Assembly: GCA_050294405.1 (NCBI GenBank) | Contig: JBNKOC010000013.1 | Coordinates: 1-36,987, forward strand | DNA length: 36,987 bases | DNA from: Fibrobacteria bacterium | Lineage (GTDB): Bacteria; Fibrobacterota; Fibrobacteria; UBA11236; JADFYW01 | Direction of reading: 5' to 3' | Shown: positions 28,465 to 36,203 of the stretch, in pieces | Layout: every line of letters starts with the position of its first letter | Numbering within the stretch: the stretch's first letter is position 1 | Position numbers and translations under genes: made by a program | Notes under the pieces: generated by a model | Database searches by the model: none | What the model saw: the letters and a program-made list of their open reading frames with translations, nothing else | Told to the model about the DNA's origin: nothing

Positions 28465-29016
28465 ATGAACAAGTTATTCTTTAAAGCTATTTGTTCTTCT
28501 CTTTTCATTTTGTTGGTATCCACTTCTGTTAATGGTCAAGATTCCAAGGGTAAGAAGTTTAACAAAAATTATGATGGCCTGACTAAGATTTTTGCAACCA
28601 TCAAAACCCATGAAGGGACCATGAAATTTGACCTGACCTTTAAGGAAGCTCCTAACACAGTGGCCAATTTTGTGGACCTTGCTAACAAAGGCTTTTACGA
28701 TGGTCTTAGCTTCCACAGAGTTATACAAGGTTTTATGGCTCAGGGTGGAGATCCTGCAGGTGATGGAACTGGCGGCCCGGGTTATACCATTGATGACGAA
28801 ATTACAGACTTAAAACACGAAGCGGGTACTTTGGCCATGGCAAATTCCGGCCCCAACACATCCGGTTCTCAATTTTATATTACGCACATGCCTCAGGCAC
28901 ATTTGGATGGTCGCCATACTATATTTGGAAAAATTGTAGAAGGCTTTGATGTTCTCACCCGAATTGATAAGGGTGATGCCATACTTTCCGTTAAAATAGA
29001 GGAAATCAAAGGGTAG
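28465..29016 (+). CDS. Cyclophilin-type peptidyl-prolyl isomerase with a signal peptide
   Basis: APNTVANF, FYDGLSFHRVIQGFMAQGGDP, LAMANSGPNTSGSQFYI, HLDGRHTIFG. Confidence 0.96.
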   Translation: MNKLFFKAICSSLFILLVSTSVNGQDSKGKKFNKNYDGLTKIFATIKTHEGTMKFDLTFKEAPNTVANFVDLANKGFYDGLSFHRVIQGFMAQGGDPAGDGTGGPGYTIDDEITDLKHEAGTLAMANSGPNTSGSQFYITHMPQAHLDGRHTIFGKIVEGFDVLTRIDKGDAILSVKIEEIKG

Positions 29017-29047
29017 TTCCCTTCCCTTCAACCCTGGTTCAAAACGA

Positions 29048-30187
29048 ATGGTCAAAAAAACTGCTAAAAAAGCAAAAAAAGAAGTAAAAACCACTACCAA
29101 GAAAAAGGCAGCCACTGCGCCTGCAAAGGCCAAAACAGTAGCCAAAGTTGCCAAAAAATCTGCCCCTGCTAAAAAAGCAGCCGTAAAATCTACGGTGAAA
29201 AAGGCGGCGGCAAAACCAGCGGTTAAAACCACAGTTAAGAAAGCGGCAGAAAAAACAGCCAAGCCTGCAGCTAAAAGCACCGTTAAGAAAGCAGCCGAAA
29301 AAACGGCAAAACCTACGGCAAAAGCGGCTACAAAAAGCAAAGCTGCAGCAAAGCCAAAGGCTGAAAAAAAAGCTGAAAACAAAGTAGCCTCAAAACCAGC
29401 GGTTAAAACCACAGTTAAGAAGGCGGCAGAAAAAACAGCCAAGCCTGCAGCTAAAAGCACTGTTAAGAAAGCAGCCGAAAAAACTGCAAAGCCTACGGCA
29501 AAAGCCGCCACAAAAAGCAAAACGGCAGTTAAATCATCTGAATCAAAAGCTAAAGAAAAAGAAACTAAGGATGTAAAAAAGGCCCAAGCTGAAGAGGCCA
29601 AAGCCGCCAAAGCTAAATTAGCTGCAGAGAAAAAGGCCGAAAAAGCGGCTAAAGCAGCGGCTCTTAAAGAAGAAAAAGCACGCATTGCCGCCGAAAAAAA
29701 GGCTGCTAAGGCCAAGGAAAAAGCAGAAAAAGCAGCTGCCAAAGCTGAAGCTGCTGCCGAAAAAAAGGCAAAAAAGAAAAAAGTTTTTAAGGAACTGAGT
29801 TTTGCGGAACTTAAAAAATTGTTTTTCCGGGAAGTGCCCGAAGGTGCCGAACGTGTGATAAAACGGGGCGATAAAAATTCAGCAGTAGCGACTATTGGCA
29901 GCGACAAACGGGAACGGGGCAAGGGTCTTTCCAGAGAAGAAACTCCGGAAGAATTGGTGGAAAGAATCGCCCGTGAGTTGGAAGAACAGCATATTTTCAA
30001 ACGCGGCATTTTAGGGCCGCCCAAATGCACCAAATGTGGAATTGCTGATGCAGTGGAAGAGTTCACCATTGATAAGGAACTGGCATATTGCGCCGATTGC
30101 GCTGATCTGCTTCACCTGGGACAAACCAAAGAAGCCCGTAAACTCGATTACCCTTCGTTGCTACAGAGCGGCGACGAGAATAACTAA
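29048..30187 (+). CDS. Histone H1-like Lys/Ala-rich protein with a C-terminal C4 zinc-finger domain
   Basis: About 240 aa of K/A/T/P low complexity, followed by a globular region with CTKC-x17-CADC. Confidence 0.8.
   Translation: MVKKTAKKAKKEVKTTTKKKAATAPAKAKTVAKVAKKSAPAKKAAVKSTVKKAAAKPAVKTTVKKAAEKTAKPAAKSTVKKAAEKTAKPTAKAATKSKAAAKPKAEKKAENKVASKPAVKTTVKKAAEKTAKPAAKSTVKKAAEKTAKPTAKAATKSKTAVKSSESKAKEKETKDVKKAQAEEAKAAKAKLAAEKKAEKAAKAAALKEEKARIAAEKKAAKAKEKAEKAAAKAEAAAEKKAKKKKVFKELSFAELKKLFFREVPEGAERVIKRGDKNSAVATIGSDKRERGKGLSREETPEELVERIARELEEQHIFKRGILGPPKCTKCGIADAVEEFTIDKELAYCADCADLLHLGQTKEARKLDYPSLLQSGDENN
29211..29521 (+). repeat. 131-nt direct repeat (29211-29341 and 29391-29521, period 180 nt) inside the H1-like gene
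   Basis: Both copies start CAAAACCAGCGGTTAAAACCACAGTTAAGA. They differ at six positions and encode the same 43-aa peptide. Confidence 0.92.
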
Positions 30188-30196
30188 AGGGGAATA

Positions 30197-31289
30197 ATGA
30201 GTTTAAAAGATCTTCAAAAGAGGATTTTAGAATTACGGAGGTATCTTTGACATCCCTGGTAAAGAAGAATCCCTAGCTGTTCTCCAGCAAAAAACACAAG
30301 ATCCCGGATTTTGGGATGACTTGGCTGAAGCCCAAAAAACCCAGAAAGAAATAAAGGCCCTGGAAAATTGGGTGGGAGGCTGGCAATCCTTAAATCAGGA
30401 AGTGAGAGATTCCTTAGAGCTTTTGGAAATGGCTGAAGCGGAAAAGGATAGCGATACCCAAAAAGAAATTCTAGCCACAGAGCCCAGCCTGGAAGCAAAA
30501 GTCAGGGCCATGGAAATGAAAAAAATGCTATCTGGAGAAGACGATGGCCGGGACGCCATTTTATCCATACATCCAGGGGCGGGGGGCACGGAAAGCCAGG
30601 ATTGGTCTCAGATGTTAATGCGCATGTACAGTCGCTGGTTTGAAAGAAAAGGGCTTCAATACAGCATTATTGACGATGAACCTGGCGACGAAGCCGGTAT
30701 TAAATCTGTGACCTTTGAAGTACAGGGGGAAAACTGTTACGGCCTTTTAAAATCCGAAATAGGGGTCCACAGACTTGTGCGGATTTCTCCTTTTGACTCT
30801 AATGCCAGGCGGCACACCTCTTTTGCAGCTGTGGGGGTTTATCCCATATTGGAAGAGGTGGAATATGATATTGATGAAAAAGATATCAAGGTTGACACTT
30901 TTAGAGCTTCCGGTGCGGGAGGCCAGCATATTAATAAAACCGATTCAGCGGTTCGCATGACCCATATTCCCACAGGTATTGTGGTGAGCTGTCAGTCGGA
31001 AAGAAGTCAGCATAAAAACAGGGCCAATGCCTTAAAAATGCTGCGTTCCAGGGTTTATCAAAAGTTTAAAGAAGAAGAAGAGCAAAAACTTGAGGCCAAA
31101 CAAGCCACCAAGTTAAAAATTGAGTGGGGAAGCCAAATCCGCAGTTATGTTTTACATCCTTATAACCTGGTGAAAGATTTGCGCACCGAATATGAAACCT
31201 CCAATACAAAATCTGTTTTGGATGGCGATTTGGATGGTTTTATGGAGGCCTATTTATTGGCCCAGTCTCATTCAGCCGAAGAAGTTTGA
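30197..31289 (+). CDS. prfB: Peptide chain release factor 2, +1 programmed frameshift (about 363 aa)
   Basis: ATG 30197 gives MSLKDLQKRILELRRYL, then CTT-TGA-C at 30245-30251. The +1 frame from 30249 (DIPGKEE...) is continuous with the 30321-31289 ORF. SPF and GGQ motifs present. Confidence 0.97.
30237..30251 (+). promoter_or_regulatory. prfB +1 frameshift cassette
   Basis: Internal SD-like GGAGG directly followed by TAT CTT TGA C. Confidence 0.95.
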
Positions 31290-31397
31290 CTTTAAACAGG
31301 AAGATAAAAACACAGCCGCCACCTTAATTACCCGTCAAAAAAGGAATTTCAGCTAAAGATGGGAACTGGCGGGATTTTTCTTATTTTGTGAGGCATT

Positions 31398-32921
31398 ATG
31401 AGTAGTGATCTTAAGGAAAAAAGCATGTTAATCGACGATAACGATCAGGTTCAATCCCGCCTGGATAAATTGGCCAAGTTGCGGGAATTGGGCGTGGAAC
31501 CCTACCCTTATAAATTTGATTTTAGCCATACCACCAAAACTCTTGTGGAACAAAAAGCAGAGTTGAATGGAACGGAGACCCAAATTTCTGTTCCCGGACG
31601 CATTGTGCGTTTTAATCGCAAAGGCAAAATGGCTTTTATACACATTAAAGATGATTATGGCCGCATTCAGGGTATGATTGCCAGGGACCATGTTGGTGAA
31701 GATAAATACGAACAGGTTAAGCTTTTGGATATTGGCGATTGGGTTGGTTTAACGGGCACTATGTTTGAAACCAAAATGGGCGAGTATTCGGTTCGGGTGC
31801 AAAAAATCGAAATTTTATCCAAGGCTCTTCGGCCTTTGCCTATCCCTAAGGAAAAAATGGAAGATGGCAGGAAAGTGATTTTCGATCAATTCAAAGATAT
31901 GGAAACCCGCTATCGCCAGCGCTATGTAGACCTCAGCTTAAACGATGAGGTGAGAGAAACTTTTCGCAAACGCACCTTATTAATACAAACGGTGCGAAAC
32001 TATTTATTAAAACACGACTATTTGGAAGTGGAAACTCCTGTGTTGCAGCCCATATATGGGGGCGCTAACGCCAGGCCTTTTATTACCCATCACAATGCTC
32101 AGGATATGCAACTATACATGCGTATTTCTAATGAGCTTTATTTAAAAAGATGTGTGGTGGGCGGCTTTTCCAGGGTGTTCGAATTCAGCCGAAACTTTAG
32201 AAACGAAGGTATGGACAGAACCCATAACCCCGAGTTTACCGTTTTGGAGTTTTACCAGGCCTATGCGGATTACAATGACATGATGGTGCATTTTGAAAAT
32301 TTATATTCCGAATGCGCTATGGCTCTAAACGGAAGTTACAAGGTTCAATTTCAGGGACAGGAAATTGATTTCGCCCCTCCCTGGCCTCGTTTAAAAATGA
32401 AAGACGCTCTAAAAAAATACGCTAACATGGATGTGGATGCCATGTCTGATCCCGAGTTAAAAGACGAACTTAAAAAAGTTGGCGTGGAATTAAAAGGCGA
32501 ATACTTAAGAGGTCTTGCCATTCAAAATCTTTTTGAAGAAAAATGCGAAGGAAATTTGATCCAGCCTGTTTTTATTATCGATCACCCTGTGGAATCCACG
32601 CCGCTTTGCAAAACCCATCGCGATGACAATACTCTCATTGAGCGTTTTGAACCCTATGTTAATGGCTGGGAAGTGGGCAACGCCTATTCCGAGCTCAACG
32701 ATCCGTTGCGTCAGCGCGAGCTTCTGGAAGAGCAGGAAAAGCGGGGCCGAGGCGGGGAAGAGGAAACTCATTTGTTGGATGAAGACTTTTTGCGCTCTAT
32801 GGAATATGGCATGCCCCCTATGGGCGGCGTGGGAATTGGCATAGACCGAATGGTGATGTTGTTAACTGATTCGCCCTCTATTCGCGATGTATTGCTGTTC
32901 CCTTTGATGCGGCCAGAATAA
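31398..32921 (+). CDS. lysS: Lysyl-tRNA synthetase (class II)
   Basis: RYRQRYVDL, GGANARPFITHHN, FRNEGMDRTHNPEFT, NAYSELNDP, and GMPPMGGVGIGIDR. Confidence 0.99.
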   Translation: MSSDLKEKSMLIDDNDQVQSRLDKLAKLRELGVEPYPYKFDFSHTTKTLVEQKAELNGTETQISVPGRIVRFNRKGKMAFIHIKDDYGRIQGMIARDHVGEDKYEQVKLLDIGDWVGLTGTMFETKMGEYSVRVQKIEILSKALRPLPIPKEKMEDGRKVIFDQFKDMETRYRQRYVDLSLNDEVRETFRKRTLLIQTVRNYLLKHDYLEVETPVLQPIYGGANARPFITHHNAQDMQLYMRISNELYLKRCVVGGFSRVFEFSRNFRNEGMDRTHNPEFTVLEFYQAYADYNDMMVHFENLYSECAMALNGSYKVQFQGQEIDFAPPWPRLKMKDALKKYANMDVDAMSDPELKDELKKVGVELKGEYLRGLAIQNLFEEKCEGNLIQPVFIIDHPVESTPLCKTHRDDNTLIERFEPYVNGWEVGNAYSELNDPLRQRELLEEQEKRGRGGEEETHLLDEDFLRSMEYGMPPMGGVGIGIDRMVMLLTDSPSIRDVLLFPLMRPE

Positions 32922-32973
32922 TGAAAGAATTTTTCACTTTTTTTATGGCCCGTCATTGCAAAGGGGATAAGGG

Positions 32974-34221
32974 TTGATATCTTCCTTTGAGTGGGTTGTG
33001 GCCCGCCGCTATTTGTGGGCCCAGCGGAAAAATTTAAGCACAGGATTGATATCTTTATTTTCCGCCCTGGGAGTCACCCTGGGCACCTGGCTTTTGATTT
33101 TTGTACTCAGCGCAAGCAACGGTTTTGAAAAAGAAGTAAAAGACCAGTTAATGGGTAAAGACGCCCATTTTGAACTGACCCAATACCACTTTGATCCCAT
33201 TTTCGATTATGGGGCTGTACTGGACAGCGTTGAAAAACATCCCGAGGTGGTGGCTGCCGCCCCATACATAATGAATCAGGCCGTATTCGCTAAGAAAAAA
33301 AACTTTAGCGGCGGAGTGGTTTTTGGCGTGGATCCGGAAAAATCAAAAGATGTTATTGCCCTTAAAAAACATATCAGCTCTGGAACTTACAACCTGGATT
33401 CCGCCCTGGATACGGATGGCAAATCCCGCCCGGCTATTATAATGGGCTATGCTTTGGCAGCCAGGCTCGGACTTTTTCCTGGGGATAAATGCGCCTTATA
33501 TGTATTTGGGGAAGGATCGGATTTAAGTTCGGGGTTTACTCCCCGAGTAAAACTGTTTGTGTTAACGGCAACCTTTGAATCTGGCATGTATCAATTTGAC
33601 GAGTCGCTTGCCTATGTAAATTTAAGCTCTGCCCAACAGGCCTTTCGCATGGAAGGGGCCATAACAGGAATCCACGGTAGGGTTAAAAACCCTTTGCAAA
33701 GCGGTAAAGTGGCCACAGAATTGGAAGAGCAAATGGGTTATCCCTTTTCAGGACTGGATTGGCAGGAAAAAAATAAAATTTTGATTAAATGGATGGATTA
33801 TGAAAAGGTGTTGATGGGCCTTGCTCTGGGGATAATTATCATTATTGCCGCCTTTAACATAATCAGCTCCCTTGTGATGAATGTAAATGATAAACATAGG
33901 GAAATAGGCATTTTAAGAGCAATGGGAGCCACCAAAAGAAATATTCTTAAAATCTTTGTATTTGAGGGTATTTTAATTGGAATATTTGGCTCTATTCTAG
34001 GCTTAGCATTAGGTTTAGTTTCTTGCTGGGCTCAAATGAAGTACCAGCTAATTACTCTTCCGGGCGATGTTTATTTTGTTACAGTTCTTCCTGTTATTCC
34101 AAAATTTTCGGATATTGTTTGGGTGATGAGTGTCACCAATGTGTTGTGCATAATCGCCACTATAATTCCAGCTATAAAGGCTTCGAGAAATAACCCCATT
34201 GAGGCCATACGTTATGAATAA
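32974..34221 (+). CDS. Lipoprotein-releasing ABC transporter permease (LolC/E family)
   Basis: VARRYL, VLSASNGFE, FESGMYQFD, IAAFNIISSLVM.V.DK.REIGILRAMGAT. TTG start. Confidence 0.93.
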   Translation: MISSFEWVVARRYLWAQRKNLSTGLISLFSALGVTLGTWLLIFVLSASNGFEKEVKDQLMGKDAHFELTQYHFDPIFDYGAVLDSVEKHPEVVAAAPYIMNQAVFAKKKNFSGGVVFGVDPEKSKDVIALKKHISSGTYNLDSALDTDGKSRPAIIMGYALAARLGLFPGDKCALYVFGEGSDLSSGFTPRVKLFVLTATFESGMYQFDESLAYVNLSSAQQAFRMEGAITGIHGRVKNPLQSGKVATELEEQMGYPFSGLDWQEKNKILIKWMDYEKVLMGLALGIIIIIAAFNIISSLVMNVNDKHREIGILRAMGATKRNILKIFVFEGILIGIFGSILGLALGLVSCWAQMKYQLITLPGDVYFVTVLPVIPKFSDIVWVMSVTNVLCIIATIIPAIKASRNNPIEAIRYE

Positions 34222-34900
34222 GAATTCTCTTCTTAGCTTAAATAACGTGGGTAAAGTTTTTACCGAGGTGGGCAAGGGCTTGGAAATCCTGCGCAATATT
34301 AGCATTGAAGTGGAAAAAGGAGAGTTTATTTCCATACAGGGAGCTTCTGGAATTGGAAAAAGCACATTGCTGCATATTATGGGGCTTTTGGATTTGCCCA
34401 GTTCGGGAAATGTGTTTTTCCAGAATAAGGAAATAACCTCCTTAAGCGACAAAGTTCTAAGCAACATCCGAAATCAAAATATTGGTTTTGTCTTTCAGTT
34501 TCATCATTTAATGCCCGATTTTACCGCCTGGGAAAATGTGGTGATGCCCGCCCGCATAGCTGGCAATTACAATAAAGAAGTAAAAGATAGGGCAATGGCC
34601 TTAATTGAAAAAGTTGGAATGCAGGAACGGTTGCAGCATTTACCATCTGAGCTTTCTGGAGGAGAAAGGCAGCGTCTCGCCTTAGCACGAGCTTTAATCA
34701 ACAACCCTCAGCTGCTTTTAGCAGATGAACCTTCCGGAAACCTGGATGTGGAAAACACCCGCATTTTACACGAAATGCTGAGAAATATCCACGAGGACCT
34801 GAAAATAAGCCTAATTGTGGTTACTCATGATCAAGAGTTGGCTAATCTTGCCCAAAAACGCTACTTATTAACAGCCACTGGTTTCGCCCCCATGGCTTAA
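34214..34900 (+). CDS. lolD: Lipoprotein-releasing ABC transporter ATPase
   Basis: GASGIGKSTLLH, IGFVFQFHHLMPDFTA (LolD motif), LSGGERQR, LADEPSGNLD. Likely start ATG 34214. Confidence 0.93.
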   Translation: MNKNSLLSLNNVGKVFTEVGKGLEILRNISIEVEKGEFISIQGASGIGKSTLLHIMGLLDLPSSGNVFFQNKEITSLSDKVLSNIRNQNIGFVFQFHHLMPDFTAWENVVMPARIAGNYNKEVKDRAMALIEKVGMQERLQHLPSELSGGERQRLALARALINNPQLLLADEPSGNLDVENTRILHEMLRNIHEDLKISLIVVTHDQELANLAQKRYLLTATGFAPMA

Positions 34901-34908
34901 TAATTCTA

Positions 34909-34936
34909 TTGACTGAATAAAATTGTTAAGTAAATT
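34909..34936 (+). promoter_or_regulatory. Candidate sigma70 promoter for the PEP-CTERM gene
   Basis: TTGACT, a 16-nt spacer, and TAAATT. RBS AAGGAG at 34975-34980. Confidence 0.35.
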
Positions 34937-34986
34937 TTTGTCATAACTCATTTTAATCAAAGTAAATTCCAATTAAGGAGTTCAAA

Positions 34987-35667
34987 ATGAACAGATTTTT
35001 TGCGGCAATAATTTTTCTATGCCTGAGCTATGGCTTTTCCAGTCCCATTACTGTGGGCAGTACCCCAATTTTGGATCAAAGCCAAACCACTGAAGACGGA
35101 GGAATTGCCTTTTGGACTTATGAGCGTTCTGTAGCCCAATCTTTTACAGCTGGTCTTTCGGGCGAACTTGCAGGAATAAACCTTTGGATGGGACAATCCG
35201 GCTATTATCCAGGTACCGATTTGGTTAGCGTATCAATAGTAGAATGGTCTGGAAGTGAAGAAGGCAGTGAATTGGGCGCTATCGATGTATTAGCCCCCAC
35301 ATCTTATGCTTCAGCCACATATTTTGACTTTTCCGATGAAGGAATTGAATTAACAAGCGGCAATCAATACGCCATTATTTTAACTAACGAACTGGACTAC
35401 GAAGACAGACCAGACCCCTATTACAATATGGGTGTGGATGTTAACTGGAATGACAATCCCTATGCCAGTGGAAATTTGTTTACCCGGATTAATGGTGACT
35501 GGGTGGCATGGAGTTCCTCCAGTTCTGATGAATATGCGGATATGAGGTTTGAGACCTATGTTTTGGGCACTCAGGTAGCTGCAGTTCCCGAGCCTGCCAG
35601 TTTAGCCCTTATGGGAATGGGAGTTTTGGGATTAGGTGGCGGGCTTTTCCGTCGTAAAAAGAAGTAA
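34987..35667 (+). CDS. PEP-CTERM sorting-domain surface protein
   Basis: Signal peptide, acidic beta-rich body, and C-terminal VPEPASLALMGMGVLGLGGGLFRRKKK. Confidence 0.93.
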   Translation: MNRFFAAIIFLCLSYGFSSPITVGSTPILDQSQTTEDGGIAFWTYERSVAQSFTAGLSGELAGINLWMGQSGYYPGTDLVSVSIVEWSGSEEGSELGAIDVLAPTSYASATYFDFSDEGIELTSGNQYAIILTNELDYEDRPDPYYNMGVDVNWNDNPYASGNLFTRINGDWVAWSSSSSDEYADMRFETYVLGTQVAAVPEPASLALMGMGVLGLGGGLFRRKKK

Positions 35668-35681
35668 TTGATATTAAAAAT

Positions 35682-35864
35682 TGGTCGCCGCTTTGCTCCT
35701 TCAAGCTCGAATTGAATTTGTAAAAGGCTTTCTCGGTTCCAATTCGCACGCCTTGTCTGAAGCCGTGATCATCAATTTTTAAAGTTCTGAGTTTTCTATT
35801 AGCGGTCAGACGGATAATTCTTGGATAAAATACGGCTGGGGAATACTCTCCGGCCATTTTTTTT
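35682..35864 (+). ncRNA. Candidate ~180-nt structured RNA (6S-like rod or attenuator leader); strand not certain
   Basis: Nested helices span the whole interval (detailed in findings). Several G-U pairs favour the + strand. Confidence 0.4.
35834..35864 (+). terminator. Intrinsic terminator
   Basis: GGCTGGGGA-ATAC-TCTCCGGCC (9-bp stem with two G-U pairs), followed by A and T8. Confidence 0.7.
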
Positions 35865-35891
35865 CTATTTGGGATAATGTAAAATTAAACC

Positions 35892-36203
35892 ATGTTGAAA
35901 GTTTGCACTCAATGTTCCCATACCTGGGAAGAATTTAAGTTAAAGGGCGTATTAGGTTGCCCCAAATGTTATTCTGCTTTTAGCGAAGAGTTACGCAAAT
36001 TTTTTGCCGGATACCAGGGACAAATCAGGCATGATAGAACCAATAAATTAAGCCCCCCTACCCAGAAAACTCATACTCGCTCCGATGAGCTAATATCCCT
36101 CCGGGAAAAACTGGCCAATGCCATTATAAAAGAAAACTTTGAGGAGGCCGCAGCGCTTAAAAAACAAATCTATCAGTTGGAAACAAACAATGAGCTGGAC
36201 TGA
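35892..36203 (+). CDS. mcsA: Short McsA-like protein (zinc finger + UVR domain)
   Basis: CTQCSHTWEEFKLKGVLGCPKCYSAF matches McsA CxxCG.T..EF...G.LGC..CY..F. UVR motif LANAIIKENFEEAAALKKQI. Confidence 0.85.
   Translation: MLKVCTQCSHTWEEFKLKGVLGCPKCYSAFSEELRKFFAGYQGQIRHDRTNKLSPPTQKTHTRSDELISLREKLANAIIKENFEEAAALKKQIYQLETNNELD

Noticed and set aside
28810..30069. 419-aa minus-strand ORF rich in F/A/L
   Set aside because: Antisense shadow of the Lys/Ala-rich gene; AAA/GCN codons give few stops on the reverse strand.
30197..30320. prfB as a pseudogene or sequencing error
   Set aside because: The in-frame TGA sits in the canonical CTT-TGA-C programmed frameshift context.
35609..35857. 82-aa minus-strand ORF
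   Set aside because: Overlaps the PEP-CTERM C-terminus, has no RBS or recognisable motif, and the region is better explained as structured RNA plus terminator. Not fully excluded.
35682..35864. Glycine or SAM-I riboswitch assignment from words such as GGAGAG, GAAGGAGCAA and UUAUCCAAGA on the minus strand
   Set aside because: Spacing and the remaining conserved cores are missing, and there is no suitable downstream gene on that strand.
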